This document shows positions 11,223 to 20,517 of a stretch of 64,000 bases of DNA, one piece after another. The notes under the pieces are model-generated. The model was not told the origin of the DNA and ran no database searches. It saw only the letters and a list, made by a program, of their open reading frames with translations. Each line of letters starts with the position of its first letter. The stretch's first letter is position 1. The translations under genes and the position numbers were made by a program. This DNA is from Perkinsela sp. CCAP 1560/9 (Eukaryota; Protista; Euglenozoa: Kinetoplastea): the NCBI GenBank assembly GCA_965644495.1, contig CBFFSA010000002.1, positions 1,364,001 through 1,428,000 on the forward strand. The letters are read 5' to 3'.

Positions 11223-14075
11223 TCACACACTTGCTTCATGCTCAGGATCCTTTTCCGTGAACACAATACCTTCCAGAATTCGGTTCTTTGCCACGGGACG
11301 GACGGCGCTAGGCGGGAGTTCGGCACGGTCGGAAGACTGCAGCACGACAGGTGAGTTTTGAGTCTGAAACCCTGTAATCCTTTTCGGTTTTCCCGCCATT
11401 GCAACCGTATCTACTGCCGTCCCTACTCGTACAGGTTGCTGTTCGAGCGGTTTCCCCTCACCATCGACCAAAATCAGATGTCTGGGACGCATAGATGCCG
11501 CCAGGCTCATCCACAGATACGAATATTTCGCAACGCTTACCTCAGGGGTTAGCATGGAGAACACAGCGGTGAGGATACCACACAGTGAGGTAGAAGAGGC
11601 GAGTAGGCCATCACTGTGAACGGCTCGTAGCGTCATCTGCCCTTTTCCTAACTCTACCAGACCTAGTGCGATGTGACAGAGCAGCCAGCACTCCGGGTTG
11701 CGTACGTGAAAACCACAAAGCGAGCGCAGCATTGTGGCCGCACGTACACTCCGGGTACCTGCCCCAACAAGTCCAATGGCAAAGATCGCGGCCTGAGCGG
11801 TAGCCGCGTCGGTGTCATGGCTGAGCTTACTAAGGCTTTCGAGCACGGTCACATGCGGATCGGAGAGAGATAGCAAGGCGATACATAATGGAAGGGCGCG
11901 GCGTGCGTGAAGATCCCCAAAGTGGAGGATGTGGTCCAATACCCGACAGGCAACCTCACGCCCAATATTCTCCCCGAAGGCAACAAGGCCGATGCCCAAG
12001 GTCGCGATCGTGTGTGGGCGGAGAAACAAAGAAACCTCTTTCGAAGACTTTGGTTTCCGTACGCCCCGCCTCGCGGGTTGTCCAGATATCAGAGTCGCCA
12101 AATCCGGTCCTTTTGCGGATCCTTCTTTGGGTTTGACATCCTCGGCGGGGGTACCGGCCTCCTCACTTGGTTTCGGGTCCGTATTTTCGTTATGCTTCAC
12201 CTTTGAGTCAGATTCTTTGTCCCTTTTATCTTTGCTCAGGGTTTGTTTCGTCCCTTCTCGTATCAAGTGAAGTAGTTTTTGTACAATCAGTACATTGCCT
12301 GTACCCGCATATGCCAGTGCCGTCAGTAGAGTCTCAATGAAGACGCGAACCTCGGATGATAATGTGTGAACTGTGCTCAGAAGAGTCTCGACTCGATCTT
12401 GCTGTCCTAGAAAAAGTAATCCGAGTCCAAGGATTAGATAGGGCGCTGTGAAATTTTCAGTAAGAACTGCAGACTCCTTCTCCATGAGACAAAGAAGCAT
12501 GGTTTCCACGAGATCCTCGTGCGCGGTGCCAACAAATACGAAGCCGAGAGCTAGTGCTGCAAAGGATTGCAGACTAATGTCCATGCTAGAGTCAGCCACA
12601 AATGGGACTAGGATGGACAGAATTTGTTCACTTCGTGTCCCTGCGTACGCGAGTCCAAGTCCCAATATGGAACACATTCGAATCTCTGTATTTTCAACGT
12701 ACAAATTTTCCGTAAGCAGTGATAACGCGGGATCAAACTGGGAGCACACTCCGTGGCACACCACCCCAACACCCAGCGCTGCTCCCGCCCGTATCCGCAC
12801 ATTCTCGGAGCTAAGATACTTCTCCAGGGCGTTCAACCCCTCTGTGGGATTTCCTAAGTGCAGTAATGCAACAGAGGCAACCGCCGAGATGACACGTTGC
12901 TCTCTTTGCCCATGCAGCCACTCATTGTCCTGCAGTGTAGTGAGTTTGTCGGTGCCAAATCCTGCATTGGAGAAACCACTTAGCAGAGTGTAGGCCAGGT
13001 GTCGGAGATAACGTGGGGTGTTGGATGCGTGCAGTGTGGTGCGTTGATCCATTAGATGTGGTTTCGCAACCTCCTCAGGGGCTTTTGGCTCCAAGGCGTC
13101 TAGCGCTTTGCTACAATGTAGAAAATACTCTGGGATTTTTTCCTGAAGGTCAGTCCACGCAGGACAACAGGCTACGAGATCATATGCCCCGTGACGGTTG
13201 CAGAGTATGAGAAGCTGCTGCTGTACCAGAGGGTCCGCGGCGGCGAGATCTAAAAGTTCTTTTGCTTTTTCGTGATCGGAAAGCTTTAATGCCATGCGCA
13301 TTGCATCATACAGTGCCCCGAAACTTTGGTACAATTCTCCACAATGTCGATATATTTTTCCGTCCTCTCCTTCTGGCAGATAGGGAGCGAGAGCCAGGAG
13401 GTAGTCACACGTACGAACATAGTTGTCCATGGTGCAGCGTGAAGTTAACAAGTCCATTCTGTCGATTTCCAGAAGTAGATCAACGGCATTCGGCTCTCCA
13501 TTGTGAGAAAACTCGAACTGAACAATTTCCTGCAATAGGGGAAGCAAGCTTTCACGGAGTTGGGTTTCTTTTTCTGCTCCTTTCCATGTAGTGACAAACT
13601 GAGTAGACAGTTGACGGACGTAGTGGTGCCCCCAAATATCCAATGCCAGAGTTCCTTTTCGTTTCCAATCAAGACACTGTGTCTGTTTTTCAGCCGATGG
13701 AAATGCCATCGAAAGTATCGATAAGATATCACTTAGCCGCTGTAAGAAATTTTCCGGTAAACCTGTATTCGGTATTTTTGAAAGGGCTTCGTAGCGCTCC
13801 GTGAGTGAGGGAATATGAGGTCGCAGATACTTCAGAGGTTTCGGAATTCCGGTCAACGAATTCGAGTATGTGTCACGCATCATACTCCCAAGTTGATCCA
13901 CTGCGCTAGAGGCTATCTCCAGATTACTGTCCTGAATACGAGAAACACATAAATCCACTCCCTCCATAATTCTTATGTCTTCATCCGAGAGCGTTGATTC
14001 TTTCTTATTAACTCCTTGATCTTCATCTTTACCTGAGCGATTTACTTTCTTGCTATCTTTTTCTGGTTTGGCCAT
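11223..14075 (-). CDS. RPN1: 26S proteasome regulatory subunit Rpn1/PSMD2
   Basis: SLTGIPKPLKYLRPH, PC repeats, VRVGTAVDTVAMAGKPKRITGFQT. Confidence 0.95.
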   Translation of the reverse strand: MAKPEKDSKKVNRSGKDEDQGVNKKESTLSDEDIRIMEGVDLCVSRIQDSNLEIASSAVDQLGSMMRDTYSNSLTGIPKPLKYLRPHIPSLTERYEALSKIPNTGLPENFLQRLSDILSILSMAFPSAEKQTQCLDWKRKGTLALDIWGHHYVRQLSTQFVTTWKGAEKETQLRESLLPLLQEIVQFEFSHNGEPNAVDLLLEIDRMDLLTSRCTMDNYVRTCDYLLALAPYLPEGEDGKIYRHCGELYQSFGALYDAMRMALKLSDHEKAKELLDLAAADPLVQQQLLILCNRHGAYDLVACCPAWTDLQEKIPEYFLHCSKALDALEPKAPEEVAKPHLMDQRTTLHASNTPRYLRHLAYTLLSGFSNAGFGTDKLTTLQDNEWLHGQREQRVISAVASVALLHLGNPTEGLNALEKYLSSENVRIRAGAALGVGVVCHGVCSQFDPALSLLTENLYVENTEIRMCSILGLGLAYAGTRSEQILSILVPFVADSSMDISLQSFAALALGFVFVGTAHEDLVETMLLCLMEKESAVLTENFTAPYLILGLGLLFLGQQDRVETLLSTVHTLSSEVRVFIETLLTALAYAGTGNVLIVQKLLHLIREGTKQTLSKDKRDKESDSKVKHNENTDPKPSEEAGTPAEDVKPKEGSAKGPDLATLISGQPARRGVRKPKSSKEVSLFLRPHTIATLGIGLVAFGENIGREVACRVLDHILHFGDLHARRALPLCIALLSLSDPHVTVLESLSKLSHDTDAATAQAAIFAIGLVGAGTRSVRAATMLRSLCGFHVRNPECWLLCHIALGLVELGKGQMTLRAVHSDGLLASSTSLCGILTAVFSMLTPEVSVAKYSYLWMSLAASMRPRHLILVDGEGKPLEQQPVRVGTAVDTVAMAGKPKRITGFQTQNSPVVLQSSDRAELPPSAVRPVAKNRILEGIVFTEKDPEHEASV

Positions 14076-14208
14076 CAAAAATAACGTAAATATAAAGGAA
14101 AAATGCTCTTTACGTTACGGTACAATGACATGCTTCCCGTTTATATTCTTTAACGTAGCTTTACGCACAATATACACACCACTAAAATAAAAATGAATGC
14201 AGAATTGT

Positions 14209-14985
14209 TTAAAGACCACATGACTCACCGAGCAGTCCGGTGCCATCACTCGTTGCCTCGGTATTTGTCTTATTTTCTGTATCCTGTCGAGATAAATATT
14301 TCTTAAAGTACCATGACCTCCTTTTCGAGACCTGTTTCCAGTAATTGTGCAGATGGGCTTGCGTCCGGCTGTAAAACGAGCTCAGGCTCTCCTCCAGAAT
14401 CACCGTCATCGCGGGGGCGCTGACGCTAAAATACATTTCCTCAGCTTGGAGCGCCGTAACGCTTTGCCCTTTTTTCCGCATCGCGTGGACGTGGCTCTCC
14501 ACCTGGCGGTAGACATTCTCCGTGTACTCTGCCGGGGGCTTCCAGTCTAGATCCACCCACTGGCCTTGACTAAACCCTTTAATCTGGGGGTAACGCAGCA
14601 GCGGCCGCGTGGCCTCCGGAAGCCGCTCCTTTTGGATTTCATAGAAGTGTAGCCGCGGGTAGTGGCTCTCGAGTCGGTGGCAGAGATACTCCAGTACTTT
14701 TCCCATCGCGTTGCATGCGGTACAGTTCTCCTGGGAGTACTGTGCAACCATAACATCCGAGGAGTGGGCGTAGTGCTGGAGCAGACGTCGTAGGACAAAC
14801 TCACTGGGGACCACACGGACGCATTTGGTCGGGAATTCCGCGTTCAGGGGGTTGATACCCGCCCCCTCACGGGCGTAGTCACTCGTAGCCCCCTGGGGAT
14901 TCGCCGTGTTGATGGTCTGGGACTTCATCCAAAGCTGGCGGAAGAAGTCAGAGTCGGATCCAGGTGGCTTGAAGTTGGAGCTCAT
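14209..14985 (-). CDS. Hypothetical protein with thioredoxin-like CxxC segment
   Basis: 258 aa; VMVAQYSQENCTACNAM followed by FYEI...YPQIKGF resembles thioredoxin-fold spacing. Confidence 0.6.
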   Translation of the reverse strand: MSSNFKPPGSDSDFFRQLWMKSQTINTANPQGATSDYAREGAGINPLNAEFPTKCVRVVPSEFVLRRLLQHYAHSSDVMVAQYSQENCTACNAMGKVLEYLCHRLESHYPRLHFYEIQKERLPEATRPLLRYPQIKGFSQGQWVDLDWKPPAEYTENVYRQVESHVHAMRKKGQSVTALQAEEMYFSVSAPAMTVILEESLSSFYSRTQAHLHNYWKQVSKRRSWYFKKYLSRQDTENKTNTEATSDGTGLLGESCGL

Positions 14986-15216
14986 TTTGCCATTTACAGT
15001 TTAGAATGAAAATGTGAAAAAGTGAGAAGTGCGTAATCCGATCAGTGAATCCCCAAGCCAACACTTTCGCTAAATATTTTACATGTCAGTATTTTTAATT
15101 TACGATACTAGATGGTCAATACATTCATAAGTAAGGATCTTATATGTTCATTTCATCTTTACTTGGACCATTACTTCCCTTCCTTTTGTCTTTTCTTCCA
15201 TCCTTTCAAGTCTTCT

Positions 15217-15672
15217 TTATGCCACCAAGGCGCTTGCGCTTCCGGATTCGTATCGCCACGTGGCCGGAAGCTGCTTCGTACGTTTGTAGTATCGTGCCAG
15301 ACGGTGAATACGGGATTCGACCAAAATCAGTCGGAACTTGGTATCCAAATCCTTTCGGTTCTTCTCCAGGTGCTTACGCATGGACACGGCTTTACGAATC
15401 ATGTGGTACAGATCCTCCGGGATCTCAGGTGCCAATCCCTTGTGCTTCAGAATACGAAGAATCTTACGTCCGGTGACGGATTTGACTTGTCCGATTCCCT
15501 GACTGTCTCGCAGGTGGGTGCCGATGGCCGACGGGGTGAGTCCCTTACGGGCGAGTGTTGTGATTTGCTGCACCACCTCACGTGCGGTTGTTTTCAGCCA
15601 CGTAGGAACGGCGCGACGGTAAGGGAGAGAGCTTCCGCTAATTCCCTTGCCATTTCCGTGCATGCGGCCCAT
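15217..15672 (-). CDS. RPS13: 40S ribosomal protein S13 (uS15)
   Basis: [12 protein letters not shown]...[16 protein letters not shown]; 151 aa. Confidence 0.98.
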   Translation of the reverse strand: MGRMHGNGKGISGSSLPYRRAVPTWLKTTAREVVQQITTLARKGLTPSAIGTHLRDSQGIGQVKSVTGRKILRILKHKGLAPEIPEDLYHMIRKAVSMRKHLEKNRKDLDTKFRLILVESRIHRLARYYKRTKQLPATWRYESGSASALVA

Positions 15673-15921
15673 GATGTGAGATGTGAATAATTAATAATGA
15701 GCGTCGAAAAAAATCTACAGAAAAAACAATGGGTAGGTGATTCAAATTGGTTTACTAAAATTTCGAAAGCAGAAACTATCTCCACCGTTTACTAGTTCTG
15801 TGTTTATATGGTATACCTAATCAAGAGTTCATAAAAAAATGTATCACTGCCCAAACAATTGTCATAAAGGAACATCAAGTTTGAAATGCAAACTTTGAAT
15901 ACCGGAATTCTCACCCTATAG

Positions 15922-16923
15922 TTAAAACTTCCGTCGCCTCTTTCTTCCCGTGTATTTCGTATCCGGCCGGGTAGGCTCCCCGTGGATGCGTCGCAACTCT
16001 TTTTTCATCCGGATCCACGCCCGAGTCCCTTTCAATGGACGCCCAGAGGAGGACGCACCTCGAACACTTTTCTGAACACGAACCGTCTTTTTCGACCCCT
16101 TCCCCACAGCTACCCTCTCCTCCCCGTCTTCTGCAGCCCTCTCAGAACCACTCCCCTCCTCCTCCTCCTCCTCCTCCTCCGTACTACACCCCAACACCTC
16201 CTCATCCACCACTCTCTTCCGTTTCCTCCCCCCTCCCTCCCCCCTTTCCCTCCCCCCCTCCCTCCTCCCCGGCCGCGTCATCAGCACCAGGAACACCTTC
16301 CGTGCCCGCGTGCTGTGCGGGTGGTCCACCACCACCCCGCCCCCGAACCCCGCCCGGGTCGCGGCACGGGTCACCAAGTCCCGCTGCGCCGCGCTCTCCG
16401 GGTAGAACTGCACCACGGCCCTCGCCCCGGGCCGCAGCACCGCGAAGAGCGTCGCGAAGAACCGGCGCAGCCTGCGGTGGGGGTTGTGCCCGGAGGCGTC
16501 CGCCCCGCACAGCCACTGCACCGCGGAGATGCTGATGGCGCCATCGAAGGTGGCGGGGCGGAAGGGGAGGCCGGCGCCCAGGTCGTGCCGGAGCAGGCCC
16601 CCGGGGTCGTGGTGGGGGGGGAGGGACTGGGCGGCGCGGAGCATGGGGTCGCTGAGGTCGAGCCCGAGCCAGTGGTGGCCGGAGTCCCGGAGGACGGCCC
16701 CGCTGAGGCCGGTGCCGCAGCCGAGGTCGAGGAGGAGGCGGGGGGGGGAGAAGGAGGAGGAGGAGGAGGAGGAGACGGGGGGGAGGGCAAGGAGTTCGGT
16801 GGCCCGGATGGCGAGATCGCGTTGGACTTTGGTGAGATGGGAGGAGGTGTGGTATTTGTGGGCGTGGTCGGGGGTGTAGATGAATTCGGGAGGGGCGATG
16901 TGTTCGGGGCGGCGTCCGACCAT
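15922..16923 (-). CDS. BUD23: 18S rRNA m7G methyltransferase Bud23/WBSCR22
   Basis: RPEHIAPPEFIY, LLDLGCGTGLSG, FDGAISISAVQWLC, C-terminal KYTGRKRRRKF; ATG at 16923. Confidence 0.95.
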   Translation of the reverse strand: MVGRRPEHIAPPEFIYTPDHAHKYHTSSHLTKVQRDLAIRATELLALPPVSSSSSSSFSPPRLLLDLGCGTGLSGAVLRDSGHHWLGLDLSDPMLRAAQSLPPHHDPGGLLRHDLGAGLPFRPATFDGAISISAVQWLCGADASGHNPHRRLRRFFATLFAVLRPGARAVVQFYPESAAQRDLVTRAATRAGFGGGVVVDHPHSTRARKVFLVLMTRPGRREGGRERGEGGGRKRKRVVDEEVLGCSTEEEEEEEEGSGSERAAEDGEERVAVGKGSKKTVRVQKSVRGASSSGRPLKGTRAWIRMKKELRRIHGEPTRPDTKYTGRKRRRKF

Positions 16924-17242
16924 GGAGGGGGGAAATAAAAGGAGAGAAGGAGGAGAAAGGTTTTCTTCGCTTTGTGTGGGTTTTTGGTTTTTGGTGGGTG
17001 AAGGAAAGGGGGATGAAAAGGAGGATGGGAAAATAGATTTGGAGAGGAGATAGCAAAGGAAAAATTGCGTGCACTTGTACATAAATGTAGCAAAGCGGAA
17101 CCGGGAAAATATACAACGTACAAAGTTTACAGATTTTAAGCTATTCATACATAACATTTACGTGTATAAGCACAGCAAAAGAAAACACGTATTACGAAAT
17201 AAAGCAAGAACATAGAACAAATGTACACTTTGCATGATGCGT

Positions 17243-18148
17243 TTATGAACACATCGACAGAAGCGAACGGTACAAAAAGAGGAGTACGTCGATGATAAGT
17301 GCAATAAGGAGAACTCCGAGACAACAGAACAATGGGGTGTGCCGACGAACGAAATCTGCTCCAAGGGTGTCGCTTTCTGCATCATCCAATACTGCATTTT
17401 GTACCATTTCCTTCTCCACAGTTTCTCCAAGTGATTTATCGGACAAATTCGTGTTTTTCGATTCACGAAATGATGACATTTCGCTAGACAGAGGAATTGT
17501 ATGAAACGACGTGGAGCCATTCGACCCAAGATTTTCGCTACACGGTCCAACTTCCGAACGTTCGTACAAAGAATTTGGCGTGTGTGGCTTTCTCGAAGTT
17601 CGATTCGGGGACTGCTGCGACACAAGCCATCGAACAAGTCGTGGTGCAGGATGTGGAGGTAATGTATTCTCTTTCCTTTTCCGAGGTGATTGCGCTGTTG
17701 AAAATGTTGAGTGCGAACGCGAGAGAGTGTCTGTATTGACGTTGTCATTTTCGGAGACTGATCTACTAGCTCGTGCTGATTCTAGTATTCCGTTGCTAAG
17801 AATTCCACTCAATCGCCGACGCTGTGGCTTTTTACGAATTCCGTTTCTAAACGGGCGACGAGAAGGATTTTTGTTCTTCCCCAAAACATCACCACTTGAT
17901 GTTAAATGCAAGTTTTCAGAAGACTCGGAGCATGTGCTTGTATTCATTAGATTCTGACAGGATTGTGTACGTCGATGATTTATGTTCGGCCTTTCGTGAT
18001 CAGACATTCGAAAAAAAAGAGACTCCGTACAGTATACGGATCCATACGCTTGGGTGAAAGGTGATTTCGTGCCGTGGTACTCGGAAAGCGTGAAAAACGC
18101 TACAAGTACGAACGGCAGATAACTTTCACCGGGCATTTTTATTGACAT
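17243..18148 (-). CDS. Hypothetical protein with C-terminal transmembrane helix
   Basis: 301 aa, Ser/Arg-rich, ending LFCCLGVLLIALIIDVLLFLY; same strand as neighbours. Confidence 0.6.
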   Translation of the reverse strand: MSIKMPGESYLPFVLVAFFTLSEYHGTKSPFTQAYGSVYCTESLFFRMSDHERPNINHRRTQSCQNLMNTSTCSESSENLHLTSSGDVLGKNKNPSRRPFRNGIRKKPQRRRLSGILSNGILESARASRSVSENDNVNTDTLSRSHSTFSTAQSPRKRKENTLPPHPAPRLVRWLVSQQSPNRTSRKPHTPNSLYERSEVGPCSENLGSNGSTSFHTIPLSSEMSSFRESKNTNLSDKSLGETVEKEMVQNAVLDDAESDTLGADFVRRHTPLFCCLGVLLIALIIDVLLFLYRSLLSMCS

Positions 18149-18297
18149 TGTGAAATCAGAGCCGCAGGACGTGTGATAGAAATGATGGCTGTATACATGC
18201 TAAGAATGGGTTGAGTACGGTAAAAAATATCTAGAATGCAAAAAGAACTGTTCAGAGTAAAGGTTACTATTTTCACAAATTTTCTTTTAAAAAAATC

Positions 18298-18350
18298 GGG
18301 TAATGCGCACTTAATTTTGAAAGTGGGTGCAATGTAAGTGGTCTGTACCC
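18298..18350 (+). mobile_element. 53-bp internally deleted Merlin relic (both ends of the 28166-29476 family fused)
   Basis: gggtaatgcgcactta + attttgaaagtgggtgcaatgtaagtggtctgtaccc match the left and right ends of the 28166-29476 element with one mismatch each. Flanks aaaaaatc/gaaaattc may be a decayed TSD. Confidence 0.85.
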
Positions 18351-20517
18351 GAAAATTCGCTATAAAGTACTGAAATCTAGGTGTATGGTAATCACAAAAA
18401 AATTGTCCCCTTACTTTCTATAAGTCCATGGGGTTTAAGTTAATTTTGTCAACTGAGTACGTTTAGTTCAGTTCTTAATATGTCCAAGTTATTTACACTT
18501 GATGGTTCTCCGTAAGGGATGTAAATCCCTAAGTGGGACATGGAGAAAAAAGGGAAACTGTTTTTTATTGCGACAATAAAAATTATGCAAAATGAATATT
18601 ATCCCCTGTTTGCAGATGTTTCTAAAGTGAGAGAAGATACATGTGACGACAAAAATAAACTCTTTTTAGAAACTTTATTGTCCGATATTTCATCTCTCAC
18701 AACAGAGATATCTAGCCGAATTTTAAAAGCAATCAACATGATAATTTTTAAAGACCTAGTAACATGGACATGCTTTCTACAATATAGCGGAGTGGCTCTT
18801 AGATATTCTGTGGAATAAGTTTCTTACCTAGAATCTTAGATTATTTTCAGTTTTATAAAAGTTGTCCTAAAGAACATGTCCCCGAAGAAGGAGAAGACTA
18901 CGAGCAGGTATGGTACACAACCATCCCCCTCAACCCTCGTCTAACCTCTCTCGAGTTCAACGAAGTTCTCCCCTCCGATCACCCTCTGACTCTCCTCGCA
19001 CAAGGACGGAAAATCTGCCCACCAGCACCCTTCATCAATCTCTCCACCTAACCACGGTAAACCCCATCTTTAACTCCCTTCACACTCCTGGCTTCCCAAC
19101 GCACCCGACCAGCCCCGTTCGTCTCTTACCCCATGTCAACGTTTTAGTTGTCTTGCAGAATTCGTGTTCGCAGTCGGGCAAGACAACTTAATGTTCAACA
19201 TTGCATTCGAAACTATCGATATGCATGGCTTGGTGATGAAACGAAAATGTATGTTGATGGTGATCCGGAACGTATTTCCCTTGCACCTGCTGGAATACCG
19301 AATGTGAAAATTGTTGGAACAAATGAAAAAGAAACGGTTATTGTGTTTCTTGCAGGTCTCTATGATGTGAGAGACTCCAAAGTTCGTTCTCTTCCCCCAA
19401 CTATTCTTTTCGAGTCTAGGCAAAAGACAAGAGATCTTCCAGTATTCTAAAGGAAGCCAAAAAATGTCGCGACTTTGCCAAAACAACACGTACACAACTC
19501 TACGCAGGTCGTAGAAGCTGTTATTACTTCATTAGCAGTTACATGTATGCTACTGAGTGCCGATTCCGATGAGGGCGCATCGCAACGGGAGTCCTCTGAT
19601 AATTCTCTCGGATGATTCGACTCAGGAAAAGGAGTTGTGCGATCGAAGTACAGATTGAAATCCTACGAACGGAAAGGTTCTTTGCTCCCTGGTAGCATGG
19701 TAGACGATCTATGTTTGACGGCGAACCGGAAGTTCAAAGATTTATATCCAGTCGAAGAGGTTGTGTTCTGGGGTATACATCACACGCAAAATATGTGTGC
19801 GCACAAGAAATAATCCCCCAAAAGTTCTGCATGCTACCCAAGTGCACCTAGTATTGTATCACAATTTTCTTTGTTTTGTAACATCATATTTTTCTACTTT
19901 TCTATCAAGAGTTGTATTCTGAATATTTATGATCGTTTTTTGATCATGCCACATCAGCACGTCATGCTAACGTGATTTTTTTCTGAAACAGACTTATTTC
20001 TCACTTAGAAATACGTTCAAAGCATTCTTACTTGATCTCTTTTGCCAAATGCCCTCAGTAGATACAAGGCGAAAATACTCGTGCGGGCTACACCTAATAA
20101 ATCACTTAAGTATGCTGCTATTTATTTGGTCTCCGAAAAGAGTATTAAGATCAACACTGCGAAAATTGGTCTCCACAACTTTACTCTAGACTAGAATGGT
20201 TATAGAAAATTACAAAAATTACCACTCCTAATGAGAGTGTGCACTGGGGAAGTATGGACGAGACCTCCTAGTGGTCTTCCCTGGCACTGCTATCTTACCG
20301 ATACTACAGATTCAGAAATGTATTCTAACAAGAAGCCCTACCTAGCTTCTTCCCATGAGCTTGAATATTATGAGTTGCAGACGGATCAGAAATTTCAACA
20401 ACTTTGTTTTGCAGCATTTTTCGCTGAGAACGAGGTGCAGTTCATTGAAGAAACAACAGTACATGCTAATGTTATGGTGAGACTAATTGTACTATTGATA
20501 GCTAAAAGGCTAGGCTG

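Noticed and set aside
15982-17123. Long overlapping or antisense ORFs over BUD23 (also eIF6, MPP, CCT2 and others)
   Set aside because: Low-complexity translations expected from stop-poor GC-rich sequence overlapping clear genes.
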